From Laetmonice hystrix (lineage: Eukaryota): DNA of 64,000 bases. Position 1 is the first letter of the stretch. Each line of letters opens with the position of its first letter. Location of the stretch: assembly GCA_965235115.1 (NCBI GenBank), contig OZ249436.1:3350001-3414000 (forward strand). Direction: 5' to 3'. Of the stretch, positions 23,600 through 36,900 are shown piece after piece. The notes under the pieces were generated by a model. The model ran no database searches. It had not been told where the DNA came from and saw nothing but the letters and a program-made list of their open reading frames with translations. The translations under genes were made by a program, and so were the position numbers.

Positions 23600-26500
23600 A
23601 ATGCTCCTCGCCAGTACCTTTGATTTCCACTACCTCACTGTAGTGTTTGCATGGCTACTAGGCCAGTCGGTAAGATGTAGGGACTTCTCACTCTACTGGT
23701 TGGCCTCCCACACTGCTTGGCCTCACAGTGTACTGTTTGGCCTGACTTTACTCTTTGGCCTCACTGTAGTGTTCGCTGGGGTGCTAGGCCAGCCAGTACC
23801 TTGTAGCAATTCCTCACTGTACCGTTGGCCTCCCTGTACCGTTTGCTTGTATACAACAGTAACCAGTAATATAGGGACGCCTCATGTTTCATGTTTCCAT
23901 GCCTTTATTGTCCAGGAGGCAGGCCATACGTTTCGTCTATTATCTACTCCCATCTAATCTATGTCCCCTAGGACCATCTGTAAGCGTGCGAACACGTTGT
24001 CAGGTCGTCCCAATGACTGTTTGCCGTAAAGGTTTAGTTAACAATGGCAAATGACGTTGTACGCCTTTTCTATATCAGATGTCCCATCCCCAAGTAAGAA
24101 ACAAAGAAAGAAAGAGTACAGAGATTTGCAGGCAAGAAACACCAGGGTGCAGCGCAGCTCTACTGAAGTGGCGGCAGAGGCGGTGACTGCACTGCCATCT
24201 TCCGGCTACCGGTGGAATCACCACGTATACCTGGCCGGGCTGGCGGGCACCTGTGGCTCTTAGGTTAAAGCAATGAGAAGCGGAAAATGGCTACATTTCT
24301 GATACGTCAAATTGAAACTACGCCCCCCAAAGTTATGATTCTTAGGCCAGATGTATAACTGTCAAACGTATAGGTCTCGTACGTTCGCTACAGATATATG
24401 GTTGTGATGTGTATACTTACCATTTGAGTATCTTCTCCAGATTTTACCATTAGATGCTCCTCGCCAGTACCTTTGATTTCCACTACCTCACTATAGTGTT
24501 TGCATGGCTACTAGGCCAGTCGGTAAGATGTAGGGACTTCTCACTCTACTGGTTGGCCTCCCACACTGCTTGGCCTCACAGTGTACTGTTTGGCCTGACT
24601 TTACTCTTTGGCCTCACTGTAGTGTTCGCTGGGGTGCTAGGCCAGCCAGTACCTTGTAGCGATTTTTCACTGTACCGTTTGTCCTCCCTGTACCGTTTGC
24701 TTGTACACAACAGTAGCCAGTAATATAGGGACGCCTCATGTTTCATGTTTCCATGCCTTTATTGTCCAGGAGGCAGGCCATACGTTTCATCTATCATCTA
24801 CTCCCATCTAATCTGTGTCCCCTAGAGACCATCTGTAAGCGTGCGACAACGTTGTCAGGTCGTCCCAATGACTGTTTGCCGTAGAAGTTTAGTTAACAAT
24901 GGCAAATGACGTTGTACGCTTTTTCTATATCAGATATCCCATCCCCAAGTAAGAAACAAACAAAGAAAGAGTACAGAGATTTGCAGGCAAGAAACACCAG
25001 GGTGCAGCGCAGCTCTACTGAAGCGGCGGCAGAGGCGGTGACTGCACTGCCATCTTCCGGCTACCGGTGGAATCACCACGTATACCTGGCCGGGCTGGCG
25101 GGCACCTATGGCTATTAGGTTAAAGCAATGAGAAGCGGAAAATGGCTACATTTCTGATACGTCAAATTGAAACTACGCCCCCCAAAGTTATGATTCTTAG
25201 GCCAGATGTATAACTGTCAAACGTATAGGTCTCGTACGGTCGCTACAGATATATGGTTGTGATGTGTATACTTCCCATTTGAGTATCTTCTCCAGATTTT
25301 AACATTAGATGCTCCTCGCCAGTACCTTTGATTTCCACTACCTCACTGTAGTGTTTGCATGGCTACTAGGCCAGTCGGTAAGATGTAGGGACTTCTCACT
25401 CTACTGGTTGGCCTCCCACACTGCTTGGCCTCACAGTGTACTGTTTGGCCTGACTTTACTCTTTGGCCTCACTGTAGTGTTCGCTGGGGTGCTAGGCCAG
25501 CCAGTACCTTGTAGCAATTCCTCACTGTACCGTTGGCCTCCCTGTACCGTTTGCTTGTATACAACAGTAACCAGTAATATAGGGACGCCTCATGTTTCAT
25601 GTTTCCATGCCTTTATTGTCCAGGAGGCAGGCCATACGTTTCGTCTATTATCTACTCCCATCTAATCTATGTCCCCTAGGACCATCTGTAAGCGTGCGAA
25701 CACGTTGTCAGGTCGTCCCAATGACTGTTTGCCGTAAAGGTTTAGTTAACAATGGCAAATGACGTTGTACGCCTTTTCTATATCAGATGTCCCATCCCCA
25801 AGTAAGAAACAAAGAAAGAAAGAGTACAGAGATTTGCAGGCAAGAAACACCAGGGTGCAGCGCAGCTCTACTGAAGTGGCGGCAGAGGCGGTGACTGCAC
25901 TGCCATCTTCCGGCTACCGGTGGAATCACCACGTATACCTGGCCGGGCTGGCGGGCACCTGTGGCTCTTAGGTTAAAGCAATGAGAAGCGGAAAATGGCT
26001 ACATTTCTGATACGTCAAATTGAAACTACGCCCCCCAAAGTTATGATTCTTAGGCCAGATGTATAACTGTCAAACGTATAGGTCTCGTACGTTCGCTACA
26101 GATATATGGTTGTGATGTGTATACTTACCATTTGAGTATCTTCTCCAGATTTTACCATTAGATGCTCCTCGCCAGTACCTTTGATTTCCACTACCTCACT
26201 ATAGTGTTTGCATGGCTACTAGGCCAGTCGGTAAGATGTAGGGACTTCTCACTCTACTGGTTGGCCTCCCACACTGCTTGGCCTCACAGTGTACTGTTTG
26301 GCCTGACTTTACTCTTTGGCCTCACTGTAGTGTTCGCTGGGGTGCTAGGCCAGCCAGTACCTTGTAGCGATTTTTCACTGTACCGTTTGTCCTCCCTGTA
26401 CCGTTTGCTTGTACACAACAGTAGCCAGTAATATAGGGACGCCTCATGTTTCATGTTTCCATGCCTTTATTGTCCAGGAGGCAGGCCATACGTTTCATCT

Positions 26501-27000
26501 ATCATCTACTCCCATCTAATCTGTGTCCCCTAGAGACCATCTGTAAGCGTGCGACAACGTTGTCAGGTCGTCCCAATGACTGTTTGCCGTAGAAGTTTAG
26601 TTAACAATGGCAAATGACGTTGTACGCTTTTTCTATATCAGATATCCCATCCCCAAGTAAGAAACAAACAAAGAAAGAGTACAGAGATTTGCAGGCAAGA
26701 AACACCAGGGTGCAGCGCAGCTCTACTGAAGCGGCGGCAGAGGCGGTGACTGCACTGCCATCTTCCGGCTACCGGTGGAATCACCACGTATACCTGGCCG
26801 GGCTGGCGGGCACCTATGGCTATTAGGTTAAAGCAATGAGAAGCGGAAAATGGCTACATTTCTGATACGTCAAATTGAAACTACGCCCCCCAAAGTTATG
26901 ATTCTTAGGCCAGATGTATAACTGTCAAACGTATAGGTCTCGTACGGTCGCTACAGATATATGGTTGTGATGTGTATACTTCCCATTTGAGTATCTTCTC
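23600..27000. repeat. Higher-order tandem dimer duplication, offset 1708 bp
   Basis: The private variants CAGTAACCAG (ORFs 23601/25309, 'TTVT') and GAAGTGGCG (ORFs 24051/25759, 'TEVA') occur only in these two pairs. Confidence 0.85.
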
Positions 27001-27799
27001 CAGATTTTAACATTAGATGCTCCTCGCCAGTACCTTTGATTTCCAATACCTCACTGTAGTGTTTGCATGGCTACTAGGCCAGTCGGTAAGATGTAGGGAC
27101 TTCTCACTCTACTGGTTGGCCTCCCACACTGCTTGGCCTCACAGTGTACTGTTTGGCCTGACTTTACTCTTTGGCCTCACTGTAGTGTTCGCTGGGGTGC
27201 TAGGCCAGCCAGTACCTTGTAGCAATTCCTCACTGTACCGTTGGCCTCCCTGTACCGTTTGCTTGTATACAACAGTAGCCAGTAATATGGGGACGCCTCA
27301 TGTTTCATGTTTCCATGCCTTTATTGTCCAGGAGGCAGGCCATACGTTTCGTCTATTATCTACTCCCATCTAATCTATGTCCCCTAGGACCATCTGTAAG
27401 CGTGCGAACACGTTGTCAGGTCGTCCCAATGACCGTTTGCCGTAAAGGTTTAGTTAACAATGGCAAATGACGTTGTACGTCTTTTCTATATCAGATGTCC
27501 CATCCCCAAGTAAGAAACAAAGAAAGAAAGAGTACAGAGATTTGCAGGCAAGAAACACCAGGGTGCAGCGCAGCTCTACTGAAGCGGCGGCAGAGGCGGT
27601 GACTGCACTGCCATCTTCCGGCTACCGGTGGAATCACCACGTATACCTGGCCGGGCTGGCGGGCACCTGTGGCTCTTAGGTTAAAGCAATGAGAAGCGGA
27701 AAATGGCTACATTTCTGATACGTCAAATTGAAACTACGCCCCCCAAAGTTATGATTCTTAGGCCAGATGTATAACTGTCAAACGTATAGGTCTCGTACG

Positions 27800-30700
27800 T
27801 TCGCTACAGATATATGGTTGTGATGTGTATACTTCCCATTTGAGTATCTTCTCCAGATCTTAACATTAGATGCTCCTCGCCAGTACCTTTGATTTCCACT
27901 ACCTCACTGTAGTGTTTGCATGGCTACTAGGCCAGTCGGTAAGATGTAGGGACTTCTCACTCTACTGGTTGGCCTCCCACACTGCTTGGCCTCACAGTGT
28001 ACTGTTTGGCCTGACTTTACTCTTTGGCCTCACTGTAGTGTTCGCTGGGGTGCTAGGCCAGCCAGTACCTTGTAGCAATTCCTCACTGTACCGTTGGCCT
28101 CCCTGTACCGTTTGCTTGTATACAACAGTAGCCAGTAATATAGGGACGCCTCATGTTTCATGTTTCCATGCCTTTATTGTCCAGGAGGAAGGCCATACGT
28201 TTCGTCTATTATCTACTCCCATCTAATCTATGTCCCCTAGGACCATCTGTAAGCGTGCGAACACGTTGTCAGGTCGTCCCAATGACTGTTTGCCGTAAAG
28301 GTTTAGTTAACAATGGCAAATGACGTTGTACGCCTTTTCTATATCAGATATCCCATCCCCAAGTAAGAAACAAACAAAGAAAGAGTACAGAGATTTGCAG
28401 GCAAGAAACACCAGGGTGCAGCGCAGCTCTACTGAAGCGGCGGCAGAGGCGGTGACTGCACTGCCATCTTCCGGCTACCGGTGGAATCACCACGTATACG
28501 TGGCCGGGCTGGCGGGCACCTGTGGCTCTTAGGTTAAAGCAATGAGAAGCGAAAAATGGCTACATTTCTGATACGTCAAATTGAAACTACGCCCCCCAAA
28601 GTTATGATTCTTAGGCCAGATGTATAACTGTCAAACGTATAGGTCTCGTACGTTCGCTACAGTTATATGGTTGTGATGTGTATACTTCCCATTTGAGTAT
28701 CTTCTCCAGATTTTAACATTAGATGCTCCTCGCCAGTACCTTTGATTTCCACTACCTCACTGTAGTGTTTGCATGGCTACTAGGCCAGTCGGTAAGATGT
28801 AGGGACTTCTCACTCTACTGGTTGGCCTCCCACACTGCTTGGCCTCACAGTGTACTGTTTGGCCTGACTTTACTCTTTGGCCTCACTGTAGTGTTCGCTG
28901 GGGTGCTAGGCCAGCCAGTACCTTGTAGCGATTTTTCACTGTACCGTTGGCCTCCCTGTACCGTTTGCTTGTACACAACAGTAGCCAGTAATATAGGGAC
29001 GCCTCATGTTTCATGTTTCCATGCCTTTATTGTCCAGGAGGCAGGCCATACGTTTCATCTATCATCTACTCCCATCTAATCTGTGTCCCCTAGAGACCAT
29101 CTGTAAGCGTGCGACAACGTTGTCAGGTCGTCCCAATGACTGTTTGCCGTAGAAGTTTAGTTAACAATGGCAAATGACGTTGTACGCTTTTTCTATATCA
29201 GATATCCCATCCCCAAGTAAGAAACAAACAAAGAAAGAGTACAGAGATTTGCAGGCAAGAAACACCAGGGTGCAGCGCAGCTCTACTGAAGCGGCGGCAG
29301 AGGCGGTGACTGCACTGCCATCTTCCGGCTACCGGTGGAATCACCACGTATACCTGGCCGGGCTGGCGGGCACCTATGGCTATTAGGTTAAAGCAATGAG
29401 AAGCGAAAAATGGCTACATTTCTGATACGTCAAATTGAAACTACGCCCCCCAAAGTTATGATTCTTAGGCCAGATGTATAACTGTCAAACGTATAGGTCT
29501 CGTACGTTCGCTACAGATATATGGTTGTGATGTGTATACTTCCCATTTGAGTATCTTCTCCAGATTTTAACATTAGATGCTCCTCGCCAGTACCTTTGAT
29601 TTCCACTACCTCACTGTAGTGTTTGCATGGCTACTAGGCCAGTCGGTAAGATGTAGGGACTTCTCACTCTACTGGTTGGCCTCCCACACTGCTTGGCCTC
29701 ACAGTGTACTGTTTGGCCTGACTTTACTCTTTGGCCTCACTGTAGTGTTCGCTGGGGTGCTATGCCAGCCAGTACCTTGTAGCGATTTCTCACTGTACCG
29801 TTTGTCCTCCCTGTACCGTTTGCTTGTACACAACAGCAGCCAGTAATATAGGGACGCCTCATGTTTCATGTTTCCATGCCTTTATTGTCCAGGAGGCAGG
29901 CCATACGTTTCGTCTATTATCTACTCCCATCTAATCTATGTCCCCTAGGACCATCTGTAAGCGTGCGAACACGTTGTCAGGTCGTCCCAATGACTGTTTG
30001 CCGTAAAGGTTTAGTTAACAATGGCAAATGACGTTGTACGCCTTTTCTATATCAGATATCTCATCCCCAAGTAAGAAACAAACAAAGAAAGAGTACAGAG
30101 ATTTGCAGGCAAGAAACACCAGGGTGCAGCGCAGCTCTACTGAAGCGGCGGCAGAGGCGGTGACTGCACTGCCATCTTCCGGCTACCGGTGGAATCACCA
30201 CGTATACGTGGCCGGGCTGGCGGGCACCTGTGGCTCTTAGGTTAAAGCAATGAGAAGCGAAAAATGGCTACATTTCTGATACGTCAAATTAAAACTACGC
30301 CCCCCAAGGTTATGATTCTTAGGCCAGATGTATACCTGTCAAACGTATAGGTCTCGTACGTTCGCTACAGATATATGGTTGTGATGTGTATACTTCCCAT
30401 TTGAGTATCTTCTCCAGATCTTAACATTAGATGCTCCTCGCCAGTACCTTTGATTTCCACTACCTCACTGTAGTGTTTGCATGGCTACTAGGCCAGTCGG
30501 TAAGATGTAGGGACTTCTCACTCTACTGGTTGGCCTCCCACACTGCTTGGCCTCACAGTGTACTGTTTGGCCTGACTTTACTCTTTGGCCTCACTGTAGT
30601 GTTCGCTGGGGTGCTAGGCCAGCCAGTACCTTGTAGCAATTCCTCACTGTACCGTTGGCCTCCCTGTACCGTTTGCTTGTATACAACAGTAGCCAGTAAT

Positions 30701-33700
30701 ATAGGGACGCCTCATGTTTCATGTTTCCATGCCTTTATTGTCCAGGAGGAAGGCCATACGTTTCGTCTATTATCTACTCCCATCTAATCTATGTCCCCTA
30801 GGACCATCTGTAAGCGTGCGAACACGTTGTCAGGTCGTCCCAATGACTGTTTGCCGTAAAGGTTTAGTTAACAATGGCAAATGACGTTGTACGCTTTTTC
30901 TATATCAGATATCCCATCCCCAAGTAAGAAACAAACAAAGAAAGAGTACAGAGATTTGCAGGCAAGAAACACCAGGGTGCAGCGCAGCTCTACTGAAGCG
31001 GCGGCAGAGGCGGTGACTGCACTGCCATCTTCCGGCTACCGGTGGAATCACCACGTATACGTGGCCGGGCTGGCGGGCACCTGTGGCTCTTAGGTTAAAG
31101 CAATGAGAAGCGAAAAATGGCTACATTTCTGATACGTCAAATTGAAACTACGCCCCCCAAAGTTATGATTCTTAGGCCAGATGTATAACTGTCAAACGTA
31201 TAGGTCTCGTACGTTCGCTACAGTTATATGGTTGTGATGTGTATACTTCCCATTTGAGTATCTTCTTCAGATTTTAACATTAGATGCTCCTCGCCAGTAC
31301 CTTTGATTTCCACTACCTCACTGTAGTGTTTGCATGGCTACTAGGCCAGTCGGTAAGATGTAGGGACTTCTCACTCTACTGGTTGGCCTCCCACACTGCT
31401 TGGCCTCACAGTGTACTGTTTGGCCTGACTTTACTCTTTGGCCTCACTGTAGTGTTCGCTGGGGTGCTAGGCCAGCCAGTACCTTGTAGCGATTTTTCAC
31501 TGTACCGTTGGCCTCCCTGTACCGTTTGCTTGTACACAACAGTAGCCAGTAATATAGGGACGCCTCATGTTTCATGTTTCCATGCCTTTATTGTCCAGGA
31601 GGCAGGCCATACGTTTCATCTATCATCTACTCCCATCTAATCTGTGTCCCCTAGAGACCATCTGTAAGCGTGCGACAACGTTGTCAGGTCGTCCCAATGA
31701 CTGTTTGCCGTAGAAGTTTAGTTAACAATGGCAAATGACGTTGTACGCTTTTTCTATATCAGATATCCCATCCCCAAGTAAGAAACAAACAAAGAAAGAG
31801 TACAGAGATTTGCAGGCAAGAAACACCAGGGTGCAGCGCAGCTCTACTGAAGCGGCGGCAGAGGCGGTGACTGCACTGCCATCTTCCGGCTACCGGTGGA
31901 ATCACCACGTATACCTGGCCGGGCTGGCGGGCACCTATGGCTATTAGGTTAAAGCAATGAGAAGCGAAAAATGGCTACATTTCTGATACGTCAAATTGAA
32001 ACTACGCCCCCCAAAGTTATGATTCTTAGGCCAGATGTATAACTGTCAAACGTATAGGTCTCGTACGTTCGCTACAGATATATGGTTGTGATGTGTATAC
32101 TTCCCATTTGGGTATCTTCTCCAGATTTTAACATTAGATGCTCCTCGCCAGTACCTTTGATTTCCACTACCTCACTGTAGTGTTTGCATGGCTACTAGGC
32201 CAGTCGGTAAGATGTAGGGACTTCTCACTCTACTGGTTGGCCTCCCACACTGCTTGGCCTCACAGTGTACTGTTTGGCCTGACTTTACTCTTTGGCCTCA
32301 CTGTAGTGTTCGCTGGGGTGCTATGCCAGCCAGTACCTTGTAGCGATTTTTCACTGTACCGTTGGCCTCCCTGTACCGTTTGCTTGTACACAACAGTAGC
32401 CAGTAATATAGGGACGCCTCATGTTTCATGTTTCCATGCCTTTATTGTCCAGGAGGCAGGCCATACGTTTCATCTATCATCTACTCCCATCTAATCTGTG
32501 TCCCCTAGAGACCATCTATAAGCGTGCGACAACGTTGTCAGGTCGTCCCAATGACTGTTTGCCGTAGAAGTTTAGTTAACAATGGCAAATGACGTTGTAC
32601 GCTTTTTCTATATCAGATATCCCATCCCCAAGTAAGAAACAAACAAAGAAAGAGTACAGAGATTTGCAGGCAAGAAACACCAGGGTGCAGCGCAGCTCTA
32701 CTGAAGCGGCGGCAGAGGCGGTGACTGCACTGCCATCTTCCGGCTACCGGTGGAATCACCACGTATACCTGGCCGGGCTGGCGGGCACCTATGGCTATTA
32801 GGTTAAAGCAATGAGAAGCGAAAAATGGCTACATTTCTGATACGTCAAATTGAAACTACGCCCCCCAAAGTTATGATTCTTAGGCCAGATGTATAACTGT
32901 CAAACGTATAGGTCTCGTACGTTCGCTACAGATATATGGTTGTGATGTGTATACTTCCCATTTGAGTATCTTCTCCAGATTTTAACATTAGATGCTCCTC
33001 GCCAGTACCTTTGATTTCCACTACCTCACTGTAGTGTTTGCATGGCTACTAGGCCAGTCGGTAAGATGTAGGGACTTCTCACTCTACTGGTTGGCCTCCC
33101 ACACTGCTTGGCCTCACAGTGTACTGTTTGGCCTGACTTTACTCTTTGGCCTCACTGTAGTGTTCGCTGGGGTGCTATGCCAGCCAGTACCTTGTAGCGA
33201 TTTCTCACTGTACCGTTTGTCCTCCCTGTACCGTTTGCTTGTACACAACAGCAGCCAGTAATATAGGGACGCCTCATGTTTCATGTTTCCATGCCTTTAT
33301 TGTCCAGGAGGCAGGCCATACGTTTCGTCTATTATCTACTCCCATCTAATCTATGTCCCCTAGGACCATCTGTAAGCGTGCGAACACGTTGTCAGGTCGT
33401 CCCAATGACTGTTTGCCGTAAAGGTTTAGTTAACAATGGCAAATGACGTTGTACGCCTTTTCTATATCAGATATCTCATCCCCAAGTAAGAAACAAACAA
33501 AGAAAGAGTACAGAGATTTGCAGGCAAGAAACACCAGGGTGCAGCGCAGCTCTACTGAAGCGGCGGCAGAGGCGGTGACTGCACTGCCATCTTCCGGCTA
33601 CCGGTGGAATCACCACGTATACCTGGCCGGGCTGGCGGGCACCTGTGGCTCTTAGGTTAAAGCAATGAGAAGCGAAAAATGGCTACATTTCTGATACGTC

Positions 33701-36700
33701 AAATTAAAACTACGCCCCCCAAGGTTATGATTCTTAGGCCAGATGTATACCTGTCAAACGTATAGGTCTCGTACGTTCGCTACAGATATATGGTTGTGAT
33801 GTGTATACTTCCCATTTGAGTATCTTCTCCAGATCTTAACATTAGATGCTCCTCGCCAGTACCTTTGATTTCCACTACCTCACTGTAGTGTTTGCATGGC
33901 TACTAGGCCAGTCGGTAAGATGTAGGGACTTCTCACTCTACTGGTTGGCCTCCCACACTGCTTGGCCTCACAGTGTACTGTTTGGCCTGACTTTACTCTT
34001 TGGCCTCACTGTAGTGTTCGCTGGGGTGCTAGGCCAGCCAGTACCTTGTAGCAATTCCTCACTGTACCGTTGGCCTCCCTGTACCGTTTGCTCGTATACA
34101 ACAGTAGCCAGTAATATAGGGACGCCTCATGTTTCATGTTTCCATGCCTTTATTGTCCAGGAGGAAGGCCATACGTTTCGTCTATTATCTACTCCCATCT
34201 AATCTATATCCCCTAGGACCATCTGTAAGCGTGCGAACACGTTGTCAGGTCGTCCCAATGACTGTTTGCCGTAAAGGTTTAGTTAACAATGGCAAATGAC
34301 GTTGTACGCCTTTTCTATATCAGATATCCCATCCCCAAGTAAGAAACAAACAAAGAAAGAGTACAGAGATTTGCAGGCAAGAAACACCAGGGTGCAGCGC
34401 AGCTCTACTGAAGCGGCGGCAGAGGCGGTGACTGCACTGCCATCTTCCGGCTACCGGTGGAATCACCACGTATACGTGGCCGGGCTGGCGGGCACCTGTG
34501 GCTCTTAGGTTAAAGCAATGAGAAGCGAAAAATGGCTACATTTCTGATACGTCAAATTGAAACTACGCCCCCCAAAGTTATGATTCTTAGGCCAGATGTA
34601 TAACTGTCAAACGTATAGGTCTCGTACGTTCGCTACAGTTATATGGTTGTGATGTGTATACTTCCCATTTGAGTATCTTCTTCAGATTTTAACATTAGAT
34701 GCTCCTCGCCAGTACCTTTGATTTCCACTACCTCACTGTAGTGTTTGCATGGCTACTAGGCCAGTCGGTAAGATGTAGGGACTTCTCACTCTACTGGTTG
34801 GCCTCCCACACTGCTTGGCCTCACAGTGTACTGTTTGGCCTGACTTTACTCTTTGGCCTCACTGTAGTGTTCGCTGGGGTGCTAGGCCAGCCAGTACCTT
34901 GTAGCGATTTTTCACTGTACCGTTGGCCTCCCTGTACCGTTTGCTTGTACACAACAGTAGCCAGTAATATAGGGACGCCTCATGTTTCATGTTTCCATGC
35001 CTTTATTGTCCAGGAGGCAGGCCATACGTTTCATCTATCATCTACTCCCATCTAATCTGTGTCCCCTAGAGACCATCTGTAAGCGTGCGACAACGTTGTC
35101 AGGTCGTCCCAATGACTGTTTGCCGTAGAAGTTTAGTTAACAATGGCAAATGACGTTGTACGCTTTTTCTATATCAGATATCCCATCCCCAAGTAAGAAA
35201 CAAACAAAGAAAGAGTACAGAGATTTGCAGGCAAGAAACACCAGGGTGCAGCGCAGCTCTACTGAAGCGGCGGCAGAGGCGGTGACTGCACTGCCATCTT
35301 CCGGCTACCGGTGGAATCACCACGTATACCTGGCCGGGCTGGCGGGCACCTATGGCTATTAGGTTAAAGCAATGAGAAGCGAAAAATGGCTACATTTCTG
35401 ATACGTCAAATTGAAACTACGCCCCCCAAAGTTATGATTCTTAGGCCAGATGTATAACTGTCAAACGTATAGGTCTCGTACGTTCGCTACAGATATATGG
35501 TTGTGATGTGTATACTTCCCATTTGAGTATCTTCTCCAGATTTTAACATTAGATGCTCCTCGCCAGTACCTTTGATTTCCACTACCTCACTGTAGTGTTT
35601 GCATGGCTACTAGGCCAGTCGGTAAGATGTAGGGACTTCTCACTCTACTGGTTGGCCTCCCACACTGCTTGGCCTCACAGTGTACTGTTTGGCCTGACTT
35701 TACTCTTTGGCCTCACTGTAGTGTTCGCTGGGGTGCTATGCCAGCCAGTACCTTGTAGCGATTTTTCACTGTACCGTTGGCCTCCCTGTACCGTTTGCTT
35801 GTACACAACAGTAGCCAGTAATATAGGGACGCCTCATGTTTCATGTTTCCATGCCTTTATTGTCCAGGAGGCAGGCCATACGTTTCATCTATCATCTACT
35901 CCCATCTAATCTGTGTCCCCTAGAGACCATCTATAAGCGTGCGACAACGTTGTCAGGTCGTCCCAATGACTGTTTGCCGTAGAAGTTTAGTTAACAATGG
36001 CAAATGACGTTGTACGCTTTTTCTATATCAGATATCCCATCCCCAAGTAAGAAACAAACAAAGAAAGAGTACAGAGATTTGCAGGCAAGAAACACCAGGG
36101 TGCAGCGCAGCTCTACTGAAGCGGCGGCAGAGGCGGTGACTGCACTGCCATCTTCCGGCTACCGGTGGAATCACCACGTATACCTGGCCGGGCTGGCGGG
36201 CACCTATGGCTATTAGGTTAAAGCAATGAGAAGCGAAAAATGGCTACATTTCTGATACGTCAAATTGAAACTACGCCCCCCAAAGTTATGATTCTTAGGC
36301 CAGATGTATAACTGTCAAACGTATAGGTCTCGTACGTTCGCTACAGATATATGGTTGTGATGTGTATACTTCCCATTTGAGTATCTTCTCCAGATTTTAA
36401 CATTAGATGCTCCTCGCCAGTACCTTTGATTTCCACTACCTCACTGTAGTGTTTGCATGGCTACTAGGCCAGTCGGTAAGATGTAGGGACTTCTCACTCT
36501 ACTGGTTGGCCTCCCACACTGCTTGGCCTCACAGTGTACTGTTTGGCCTGACTTTACTCTTTGGCCTCACTGTAGTGTTCGCTGGGGTGCTATGCCAGCC
36601 AGTACCTTGTAGCGATTTCTCACTGTACCGTTTGTCCTCCCTGTACCGTTTGCTTGTACACAACAGTAGCCAGTAATATAGGGACGCCTCATGTTTCATG

Positions 36701-36900
36701 TTTCCATGCCTTTATTGTCCAGGAGGCAGGCCATACGTTTCGTCTATTATCTACTCCCATCTAATCTATGTCCCCTAGGACCATCTGTAAGCGTGCGAAC
36801 ACGTTGTCAGGTCGTCCCAATGACTGTTTGCCGTAAAGGTTTAGTTAACAATGGCAAATGACGTTGTACGCCTTTTCTATATCAGATATCTCATCCCCAA
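27800..36900. repeat. Higher-order block: 3-mer (2561 bp) followed by 4-mer (3415 bp) duplication
   Basis: GAGGAAGG ('EEG') and CCAGATCTTAAC mark the units at 27870, 30431 and 33846 (offsets 2561 and 3415). GTATACCTGTC occurs at ~30330/33745 and ACCATCTATA at 32511/35926 (+3415). Confidence 0.85.
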
